A stretch of 64,000 nucleotides of DNA from Macrostomum lignano. Its lineage: Eukaryota. Under the pieces are notes generated by a model, which saw only the letters and a list, made by a program, of their open reading frames with translations, did no database searches and had not been told where the DNA came from. Numbering within the stretch: position 1 is the first letter of the stretch; each line of letters opens with the position of its first letter. The translations under genes and the position numbers were made by a program. Below are positions 34,818-46,200 of this stretch, one piece after another. The stretch covers positions 434,001-498,000 of the forward strand of contig NIVC01000001.1 in NCBI GenBank assembly GCA_002269645.1, in the 5' to 3' direction.

Positions 34818-37114
34818 TCATTCCCATGGGGTAACAGCATTCTCAGACTTTTCCCACGGCGTGACAGCATTCTCCGGGTTGTCGGCGGTCTCCCACGGTG
34901 TCACCTGATTATCGGGCGCAGTGACGACTGCTTGGAAAGCAGCACTTGAACTGCCAGCCGCCGCAGACTCCCATGGAGTCACGAGATTCTCTGGAGCATT
35001 AGAGGCCACTGCCGCGCTCTCCCAGGGTGTTACATTATCATCTGGCTGAAGTTCCTGCTTCTGCATCAGATTTTCATGCTGAAGCTTTGAGGATGAAGGA
35101 TTGCTTGGGATTGCGGCCGTTTCCCAGGGAGTCACAGGATTCTCCGGATTGCCCGCCGTCTCCCACGGCGTCACCTGGTTGTCTCCGGCCTCCCAAGGCG
35201 TGACCTCATCGATGGTGCCTCGGTCAGCATAGTTGTAGGAAGTGGAAGCTCCACCACCGTTTTTCAAAATAGAGGCCTGCTGCTGCTGCTGCATCTGCAC
35301 CACAACTACCGGGTTGCTGCGCATCGGCCGGTTGCCGTTGCTGCTGCTGGTCTCCGTGCTGCTCACAGTCTCGGTGCGGTTCTTGCTGCTGGAGCCGCCG
35401 CCTCCTGCCTGCTGCCGCTTGACGAAACTGAAAGCGTGCGCCGCCGCCGCCTTCTTCGTCTTGGCCAGCTGCTGTCCGTGTTTGTCTGCAGACGCCTGCA
35501 GAAGGCATTTGTAGTCCTCGGATCTGAGAAATCTCTGATAGCTGTCCTTCTTCATCAGCATGTAGATGTGCTCCTGCGCCTCCTCGAAGCTGAATCGCCC
35601 GGCTTCCTGCATGCCCCGCTGCGTGGCCGTCATCGTTCTGGAGTCGATGTTGATCTCGGACGGTGCGCCCGAGGCCAGGAACTCGGCGAAGATGCTTTCC
35701 ATGCGAGCGTGCAGCTGGCTGACTGGCCCGAACTTGTAGTCCTGCACGGCCAGCCAGAAGCGCAGGTTCTCCGAGCTGAACTCGCGGGTCAGGAAGTGCC
35801 TGAAGTACTCCCGGCCGGCCGGATCGCGCAGCAGAAAGTCGAAACTGGTGCCCCATAGTTTCACCTGCCTTGGCGTCAGGCCGCTCTCCCCCGTGCCCTG
35901 GCAGGAGTGGAATGCGGCTTGGTCGTCCTGCAGCCAGGGAGATCCGGCTTGCACTGCCGGGGTCCCAGTCTGGTCCTCGCTGCCCGAAGTTCCGGTAGCC
36001 GCAGCAGCAGACGACGCCGCCGCTGCTGCAGCAACTGCTGCCTCAGCGGCAAATGCCGGAGCATTCAAAAACCAGTCGAACGATTTAGTCAACTCGTAGC
36101 AACTCACAATGATGTCCATTGACTTGTGAATAGCCGTCGCGATGTTGTTGGAGGTGCAGTGCGCGCCAGTGCTCTGCAGGGCGGCCTCCTGCTGCTGGAG
36201 CTGCTTCTCCCTGCGCTTTTGCATGTGCTGGTCATGCTGCTGCTGCTGCTGCTCACGCCCGCGGGCCATCCGACGCTGCATCTGGACGTCGTTAAAATGG
36301 CGCTGCAGCGGATGATCGACCGGGTTCATATAGCCGGGAGGCGGGCGGTGCACTCGCCAGTAGGCTCGCTCCTGAGTGGAAAGTTTGAAGCAAACTGATT
36401 GGTCTAAAGGAGAATTATGTACCTGGATTACAAACTTACACCAAACTTGTACAGCATACACTTCAGCTAGCTAAGCCAATATCGAACCGGGCAATTCCAG
36501 ACCCGCATCACCTGCATTTCCAGCACCATTCGGTCGTTCTTCTTTCTCTCCCTGGCCAGTTTGAGTTCCTCCTCGGCCTGCAGCGCAATAAACTGCCACC
36601 GATCTGCCAGCAGCTTCTGCAGTCTGGTCAGTGCCGTCTTCTCGTACTCCTCGAAGCCGCTCTTCTGCTTGCTGCGAATCATTCGCTTTGTCAGGTAGAT
36701 AGCGTAGTCAACGTTGTCCGGCCTACCGGACACGGACAGCCAGAAGTAGGGCGCCTGGAATCGGTACAGGCTGGTCGAATCGTCCTTCACCAGCAGCGAG
36801 TGGCCCTCGGCCAGCGGATAGACATAGCCGTACACAGCTAGGAGGTGGGCAATGTGCGCCGCTTCCTCGGTGGCGTCGCCAGCGGTGGTCAGGCGGTCTC
36901 GAATCCAGCCGATGAGGTCGCTGCCGCTGACTGCGGCCGGCACGGTGGACAGGAACGCCTTCTGAGCTTTGAAGGTGACACCAGTGTCTGGATGTTGCAT
37001 CAGCTCGACAAGGTGCTCGAGTCGGCGCACTACGGACAAGTGTCGATACACGTCAATGGTAGTTAGAGGAGCCTGCTCGTCAAACTCGTTGCCATGGGAA
37101 CCGGACTGTGCCAT
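34818..37114 (-). CDS. R7-family regulator of G-protein signalling (DEP-DHEX-GGL-RGS; RGS6/7/9/11, EGL-10/EAT-16-like) with 8 C-terminal VTPWE motifs
   Basis: Exons 37114-36512 and 36371-34818, phase 0. DEP: VSGSDLIGWI..YRFQAPYFW. DHEX: PDNVDYAIYLTKR..QERAYWRVHRPPPG. GGL remnant: FDWFL..SPWLQDD. RGS: WGTSFDFLLRDPAGREYF..EFSSENLRFW..LMKKDSYQRFLRS. Confidence 0.93.
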
Positions 37115-40100
37115 CGTGTCTTGGGTCAGTGTTGCGATCCCGTTGATTCGGTCTCGCTCTACGACTCTACCTTTGTCTTAGCCGGTTTTTATTACTTGCC
37201 CTCGCTTCTCAATGCCGGGAGCGTTCAGCAGAGAGTTGGCCCTTTAATCTGCCGTCCCGGCTGGCCCACCTCTCTCCCCTGAGTCCATCTAAGAAATCCG
37301 GCGTCTCTTCCTGCCTCGCTCTCATTCCCAATCGCAGCGGCCCCTCCTTAGCCGAGCACAGCCAGTCATGCCTTTCGCTCCTCTGCGCGTCCCCATCAAT
37401 TTCTCGAACCCGTGCTCAAATCCTACTCGAGTTGAGAAGAGGGAAAGAAACGACTTTAAAAAATCTGCCAGAGAGTCGCATGGCAACGGCCTAACAACGC
37501 GCTCGTATAGGAGTAGAGAGTGTAGTCGGGGGATAGACCTGAGGGCATGAAAATCGACAAGAGAAGAGAGGGAAGAGAGGCAGGGAGGTGCAGATGGAGT
37601 GGGATTGGCGAACCACAGCCGGGCAGAGAAGACTTCCTGCAACATGTGCTGCACCCGAGCTGCCTTGAATTAATCTCTGCCTGAATGCCGTATTCTCCAC
37701 ACCCCCAGCATATTGGGCTCAGTCACTAAAATAGGTACGATGAAGGAGATTTAAAGAGCTCTCGAGGGGATTGTCCCAGCTTCTGTTGCTCCCAGTGCAG
37801 CTTGTTGTGCAGCTCGTATCTGCAGTTTGCTTGCACCTAATCTGGGTCGCACTGCGCGACTGCCTGCAGCCTCATTGGCAGGAAATGATCATGTGATTGC
37901 TAGAAGACAAAAAAATGACTGATTGGCCTTCTCAAACTGAAAATGTTAAGCTGTCATTTTTCTAGGCAGTGCGCCGTGGAGCATCTGAGACAGCTAGAGA
38001 CACTTTTTTCCGGCTTCCCTCTCATTTACAGTCGCTCTAATTAACATTTTGTTAAAAATCGTGGCTTTCAGCGAGACAATTCTATATAATCTTAGGGATA
38101 GGTTGAGAGCTAGTTAGTTCCACTGCCGCTGATTGCTAATGATAGGCTACAGCCCTGTTATTTTTTTCAGACACAAAAGGAAAATGCCGAGTTCACAGAT
38201 TGCTTTAAGTTTAACAAAACATGCAGATGCATCTCAGTAAGCGCAGTCAGTATACTGCAAATACGATACGAGCATTGTAAGCGTTAAACTTATAAAATTT
38301 GGTTTAGTTTAAGAATCGCCTCAGGGGACGGCTTTCATCACGGCATTCTCAGCAAGCTTCATTGATCAAATGACTTGAAGGGATCAAAGCTAATGGTAAG
38401 GATTCTCAGGAACACGCTCAAAGGAAAAAATCGAGACTGTATATTTTTAAGTCGTGATTGCATGGCTAAATGAAGATCGAAAATTACGAGCTAATGTACA
38501 GTGCATTCAAAAAGGTACGCGCAATTTATCCTGCATGGTCCTGCATGTCAAAATTTAGACACATAAATGTACATCATTTGCATTTAAGTGCCGTGCCAAC
38601 TTATGCATCAAATCGTAATTCTGCAGTAAGTATACATTCTACGTGTGTAATACTTGTATTTCTACATGTAAATGTACATGCATGGAGATCTGCGTTGTTG
38701 TGTAGTGTACATGTACATGAACATGCAAAAATTATTACACGTACTTTGCATTGCATGTAACTACAGAAGTTAGTTTACGTGCAATCAACAATGCCTAAAT
38801 ACATATACATGTAATATAGGCACAACTTTCTGCGGTATATTTTGTAATATAATTAAAATAATTAATATAATATATAATTATAATAGCCTTAGTCTTTCAT
38901 GTACATGTACATATGTAGATACGTGTATGAATGTAACTGTACTGTAACATGCTATTCATGTTACAAGCTCTCATTAAATATTATAAATATATTAATGATA
39001 GACTTAGAATTTCTACAGACTTATCATGCTAATATTATTCTTTTGAATCGCACCGCAAAATATAAATACTATAAATTGAGTCCTGGCTGATTTACGACAA
39101 AAATTGATGGGGCTGCTTCCTCTAAATTTAAGTATGAATCTGAAGTAAAAATAGTTAGATAGAGCAAAGAAACTGATTATTTACATAATTTTACTTTGGC
39201 ATAAATATTAATTGATTCGCAAAGTGACACACTTATCTTATAGCATTTGTTTAACTAAAGTAATTGTCAAGGTAAAATTCGTTGCACACTAAAATTAAAA
39301 TTTTAACTTGATATTTTATTCAGTTTCACGCCGTCCAATGGCAATAGCATAAAATGCGTGTAGTAAGAAATATTGTAAGAGATATTTTCACCACTGGATT
39401 TAAACTCATAACTTTTTTTACATTTATTGTGTATAAAACTATACTATTTTGCTGACTTAACATCGCTCGCTTGTAACTGTTAGAGTCAATCAACAACGAG
39501 TTGAAATTTTTTTCGCAGTTGTATGTTGGAGTATGTAGGAATTGTAAATTTTAGTTGTACTGATTTTTAAGTAGCATGCAGATTAAGTGATGAAATTAAA
39601 AATCCGGCAGAGTTGATTCATATTTTTTTATTCCCCTAAACTGTTTATACGCAAGGTTGTTACTGAAAGTAATGAAAATGTAGTGCACTAAAGAGCTCAT
39701 TGCACATTATATTGAATAGATAAGATAATAAATTGAATGGATATTGAATATGACTTATGCCAGCCGTTTTCCTTTATATTATTTATATAGTTATGCAGTT
39801 ATGAATAGTTATGAATTTTTTAAATAAATATATAACTACTAAATGAATTGTGCTATCTCAAAATGACATGACTTAAATTTAGTTGAAAATACTGAAAATA
39901 TTTAGTTCGAACCATATAATTACTTTGTCTAAAATTATTATACAGTGCTTTGTTTTTATTTTCAAAATCATTGAGCTGACATTCTATAGATAAACATATC
40001 ATTGTCACTTTATCCAAAGTACTTTTTATTTTAATTTTGTATTTCTATTTTTCATCCTAGGAAAGGGTTTAGGAGCCAGAGCAGGTAAAATGTAATTTTA

Positions 40101-40274
40101 ATTTAGCACCCTTTAAAACTCGTCTTTGTATCACTCTTTAGTTAAAAATTTGCCTTCTGGTGGGGATCAATTGACCCCCCTGTGACCCCCCTTGTGATCT
40201 CCTGTCTGAAGCACGTGTTATTACTGTATTTCAAATGCTTTTCACTTCATTTCAGCGCGGCAAAGCTGGTGCAA

Positions 40275-43200
40275 ATGGGCCGGAACAGAAAAAGTGATAG
40301 TAAATCTGCGCGCAGCGAAGAGCCAGGTGATAAGGAGCCAGGCAAGTCACGTGCATCATCATAGTTTGAGCGCTTGATGGCTTCGTACTTCTTATTCTTT
40401 CAGTCTTTGGTCAGTCGCCTCAGACTTAATATTTTGTCATTGCTCTTGAAATTTGTCATTTCTTCATTCAAACTTTTCAGAGCCCTACCAGCCCACTGGC
40501 AATTTTCAAACGGATTTTGCCGAACTGTGCAAAGAGGCCGAGATCTGCCGGCCGCCAGCGGTGGTGCTGAGAGCCAAGCGGCCCACCTCGCCAGATAAGG
40601 TGAGTCATCAATCCGCGTAAACTTGTTAGGAAATGTACTTCTAGGGGGTTGTAGCCCAGTGGCTAGAGCGTCGGACTCACGACTGAAGGGTCGGGGGTTC
40701 GATTCTCGATCACACTGGAACAATTTGTGTCCTTGAGCAAGACACTTAACTCTGCATTGCTTCAGTTCACCCAGCTGTAAAATGGGTGCCAGCATTAGCT
40801 GGGGGTAATTGAGGATGTGTGTGGCGACCCCCCAGTCCTTGGACTGAACAGCCGTACGCAGCCTTTAGATAGCTGCGGCTGAGCTGTCGGTTGCACATCT
40901 GGCCCGATTGGGGTGGGTAAAATAATTTATTTTTACTATAATTGTTATTATTTCATTACTGACATTATTCATCACGCTAATGCAGTGTGCATGCGGGTTT
41001 TACCATAGAAAAATCATTGAAAAGTACACCTTTCCTGTCTGCATCAACAAAAGCGATGCGCAATTTCTTCATTCCAGTCTTATGGCACTATTAAAAGTTT
41101 CTATTCAGACAATCCAGCGCTCTAACAGCTTTATAAGCTTATCGCTTTAAATCTATACAGCGCAGTCTGTCAATAAAATACAGCTTTTAACTTGATTTTG
41201 TACCCAAAATTCTGTAAAAATGGGCCAATCAAATTACCCCGACTGCAATGCCTTAGGCTTGGACTTGTAGCTGCTCTAGAGGGTTCCTTGGTCAGAAGAG
41301 GACTTAGAAGTATTTCTGTTTTACGGAGAGGATTTCGATGGACTTTGCACCTTCACTCAGTCAGAGAAGAGAGAAAAGAGAAGAGAGATGATAGAAAAGA
41401 GAGTAGATATGAGAGAGGAGAGATTAGAGATGAGAGAGAAGAGGGGAGTAAGGCGAGAATGAAAAGGGAGAAAGAAGAGAAGAGGAGAGAGGAAATGAGA
41501 GAGGGGATATGAGATAGCAGAGGGAGACAGGAGAGATGAGAGGAGAGAAGAGAAGGGGGATAAAAAGCGTACAGAGGAAATAGAAGAGCATAGAGTAGAG
41601 ACGAAAGACGAGGGAGAAGAAATAAATAGAGAAGTTGAGATGACAGGGTAGAGAGGAGAGAGAAGCGAGAGGAGAGGCGAGAGAGGAGAGCGATAAAAGA
41701 TCAGAGATGAGAGAGGTAAGAGAAGAAAGTATTGAGGAGAAAGAAGAGGAAAAAGATGAGAGTGCAGAGAGGAGAGATGAGAGATGCGATGAGAAAGAAG
41801 ATTAGTGAGAAAATAAGAGAGAGAAGAGATTAGAAATTAGAGAAGAGAGGGGAGAATATGAGAGGAGAAAGGAGAGGAGAGAAGACAGAATGGATAGGAG
41901 AGAAAAGAGAGAAGAGAAGAGACAGGAGATGATAGAAAGGAGAGAAGAAAGATAGGAGAAAAAGAAGAGATAGAGGGTAGAGGAAAGATGATAGATAAGA
42001 GAGTAGAGAGATGAGAGAGTAGATGAGAGAGGAGAGAGGAGAGAAGAGGGGAGAGAGGAGACAGGAGAGAGTAGACACGAAAGATGAAGGAGAAGAGATA
42101 AATAAGGGAGTGGAGAGGAGAGAGAAGCGAGAGGAGAAGGAATAAAGGAAAGAAAAGCGAGAGAAGGGAGAGAGGAGAGAGTAGAGTGATGAAATATCAG
42201 AGATGAGAGAGATGAAAGAGTGGAGAGGAGAAATTGGTGAGGAGAAAGAAGAGGATAAAAATGAGAGCGCAGGGCGCAGGTATTTGAAAGGCTTTGGACG
42301 ATGGGATTCAAATAATAGAATTTCAGCTGATGGATTCCAGGAAATGGAATTCCGGTGATGGGAGTTCTTCCCCTTTCTCCTCCGAAGGAGGAGTTCCACT
42401 CGTTTTTACTATAATTGTTATTATTTCATTACTGACATTATTCATCACGCTAATGCAGTGTGCATGCGGGTTTTACCATAGAAAAATCATTGAAAAGTAC
42501 ACCTTTCCTGTCTGCATCAACAAAAGCGATGCGCAATTTCTTCATTCCAGTCTTATGACACTATTAAAAGTTTCTATTCAGACAATCCAGCGCTCTAACA
42601 GCTTTATAAGCTTATCGCTTTAAATCTATACAGCGCAGTCTGTCAATAAAATACAGCTTTTAACTTGATTTTGTACCCAAAATTCTGTAAAAATGGGCCA
42701 ATCAAATTACCCCGACTGCAATGCCTTAGGCTTAGACTTGTAGCTGCTCTAGAGGGTTCCTTGGTCAGTTGGATAAACAGCTCCCGCAGTCTTAACTAGT
42801 TTCGGATCGAATGGCAGTATTGTTATGACACTGACTGCTGTCGAAGAGAATGAGGACTGTATGTAGAGACGGTAAACGACGGGCCAATCGTACAAATCAT
42901 TCAGATCGAGCACGCCCAGGTGCCAGCAGGCAAGAAGGGCAAAGAAGACAAGAAGGCCGCCCAGCAGCAGCAGATGGTCGAGCCCGAGGAGGAGTCGCCT
43001 GAAGAGAAAGGTAAGAAGTGGCGCAGTGCGGTGATCTGCTCAGAGCCTAGGACTGCCGCAGTTTTCATAAAGCATGTCCATAGTCACCTGGTGTCACCTG
43101 TTGAAGGTGCCGACGGTTTCTCGATGACGACTGTATGCTTCAGAGACTAGTTGAGGATGTCCTGCAATTAAGGTTTGCTCTTTTTTGAGGTCTGATCAGA

Positions 43201-46200
43201 AAAACTTAGTAATAGGGTGTCTATAGCACCTGGGGCCACGTGTTGAAGGTCCAGAAGCTCTCGATCTCGACGGCGACTTAATTCTGTTTTTCAGAAGGTG
43301 CACAACAAAAAAATTAGGTCCATTTTCTTGAGGTTCTCCATTCCTCCTTCTCCTGGTAGTTTTACTGTCAATGCGATGAGTTGCAGTCGGAGGTAAAACA
43401 GGCGTTAATTTACCTTGGAAATCTGTTGAAGCAATTATCAGTTCATTTCTACCCGCGAGTTCACCACCTGGTTCCCAGACTCTGTCTTGTCCGATGAAGA
43501 GCGGAGACTCGCACTTGACGATTGGGGTAAAAGCTATTACATGTAAATCGCATTTTGACGATGAGACCTTGATTAGTTTTTTAAACCCAAACGTTTCCTA
43601 AACTGTTGGTAGAGCTTGTGAAAGTTAAAACTGACAATTTTACTAAAACAACCGCGTGTAATATTCATGGACAACTGGAGTACAAGGACGCTACTATCCT
43701 CTCAAAAAACCCGAGTTTATTGAGAACATCCTTATACTTTAGCTGTCCATGGTAAGATCATGCGCGATTCAATTAACAAAACTCGTGCATTACTCGTATA
43801 GTTTCATCTGCAAACCCCTTTATTACTCGTACTAACCAAGTTTCCTAGAATCGCAAGTCTCCTGTGGTAAAATATGATTGAAAATCAGGATTTATTTAGC
43901 AATAATTAACTATGGTATTTACCATTAACTTACTCCCTGTGCAGCCGTGATGGAGCTACTCGGGTTCAAGCCGAAGACATTTTCTGTGAAAAGCCACCTG
44001 GAGCTGATGAAGCCGTGTATTCAGGTCGAGATGGACCACCCGGACAGGCAGGACAGCGTCACGGAGGTCTTCATCAAAGATTGGAAACTGCAGGCACCGA
44101 TGCTGCTGACGCTGGGCCGCTGCTTTGAGAAGCTTCAGAAGCTGCACAGCATAAAGTAAGCAAGCGGATCATTTTGTGCATGCGGATAGCCAGTCCCAGT
44201 GCAAAGCCAAATGCGTATTTAGCTGAGGGTGTCTGGGGTCCTCACAGCTTTTGAGAAACATGCATGTACTTCCCATGAACATCAGCAAGGAAGCTTCCAG
44301 GCGCGTCGCCACCGGGGGAGGACAGGGGGACATGTCCCCCCCCAGTAGTAAAAGCTCTGGGGGGGACATGACAATGCTTTGTCCCCCCCACCCCACCTTG
44401 TGAGTCGTGGTAATCAATAACTTTTCTTCAGGGCGCCAAAATATAGCGCCATCGGGGCCAAAATGAGTGCCTGCGGCGCCAAAATGAGCGCCTGCGGCGC
44501 CAAAATGAGTGCCTGTGGAGCTAAAATGAGTGCCTGCGGCGCCAAAATGAGTGCCTGTGGAGCTAAAATGAGTGCCTGCGGCGCCAAAATGAGTGCCTGC
44601 GGCGCTGAAATGAGTGCATGCGGCGCTAAAATGAGTGTCTGCGGCGCTAAAATGAGTGCCTGCGGCGCCAAAATGAGTGCCTGCGGCGCTGAAATGAGTG
44701 CCTGCGGCGCTAAAATGAGTACCTGCGGCGCCAAAATGAGTGCCTGCGGCGCTAAAATGAGTGCCTGCGGCGCTAAAATGAGTGCCTGCGGCGCTGAAAT
44801 GAGTGCATGCGGCGCTAAAATGAGTGCCTGCGGCGCTAAAATGAGTGCATGCGGCGCTAAAATGAGTGTCTGCGGCGCCAAAATGAGTGCCTGCGGCGCT
44901 GAAATGAGTGCATGCGGCGCTAAAATGAGTGTCTGCGGCGCCAAAATGAGTGCCTGCGGCGCCAAAATGAGTGCCTGCGGCGCCAAAATGAGTGCCTGCG
45001 GCGCCAAAATGAGTGCCTGCGGCGCTAAAATGAGTGTCTGCGGCGCTAAAATGAGTACCTGCGGCGCCAAAATGAGTGCTTGCGGCGCTAAAATGAGTAC
45101 CTGCGGCGCCAAAATGAGTGCCTGCGGCGCTAAAATGAGTGTCTGCGGCGCTAAAATGAGTACCTGCGGCGCCAAAATGAGTGCTTGCGGCGCTAAAATG
45201 AGTGCATGCGGCGCCAAAATGAGTGCCTGCGGCGCTAAAATGAGTGCCAAAATTTAGTCATGTACATGTTGATTTCTTGGCTTTGTCCCCCCCCCCACTA
45301 TAAAATCCATGGAGACGCCTCTGCTTTAATCGAGCTGTGAAGGCAACTTACTTTCCAAGCTCCCTTGACTATCATCAGCCTTTGGCGAGTGGCGGCCGAT
45401 GCCAGCATTGTTGACACCCTGGCTAAGCTATTGGGACGCCTGCCAGCCCTGCGCTCTCTGTCTCTGGAGTCAAACGGACCCGTGGCAGATGAAGAAGTCT
45501 ACGCGGAGCTGATTCGAGTTGAGAGCAAGTAAGTGCCTGCCAGTTTCCCAAGCAACATACAAGTCTCTACTTTCTCTGTATGACAGTGTTAACCCGCAAA
45601 ATATTCCAACCGCCACAAAGCCTCACAAAGCTGCGTCTGCGCTTCAATCAACTTAGCGACAAGGCCGTCTCAGCGATGGCCATCCAGCTGGACGGGCTGC
45701 GCGAGACGCCGTCGAAGCTGGTGTCACTCGACCTGTCCTCGAACTGCATCGGCGATGCTGGGGTGGATTCGCTGGTTAAGGTACCAGATCCTTTCCCGAC
45801 ATGCCAGATCCTTTCCCGATATGCCAGATCCTTTCCCGATATGCCAGATCCTTTCCCGATATGCCAGATCCTTTCCCGATATGCCAAATCCTTCCCGATA
45901 TGCCAGATCCTTTCCCGATATGCCAGATCCTTTCCCGATATGCCAGATCCTTCCCGATATGCCAGATCCTTTCCCGATATGCCAGATCCTTCCCGATATG
46001 CCAGATCCTTTCCCGCGTTCCCAGCATGCTTAAGCTTAAAGGTGCAAATACTGAAACACCTGTTCACCCATTCCAGTCTCTGCGCACCAACCGGACCCTG
46101 CTGCACCTGTCGCTGAGCAACAACCGCCTGACGGACCGGTCGGCGATCGCCTTGGCCCAGGTGTGTTCCCGGTTCTTCCTCACCCACGAAGAAACTGTGC

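Noticed and set aside
38470-39090. Clusters of the palindrome TACATGTA / ACATGT
   Set aside because: Scattered throughout AT-rich DNA in this window with no spacing pattern; treated as genome-wide low-complexity bias.
40644-40720. tRNA genes (also at 3830-3900, 26740-26810, 32481-32560 and 52082-52160)
   Set aside because: A/B boxes are present, but they continue into shared non-tRNA bodies, some with TSDs; these are SINE heads.
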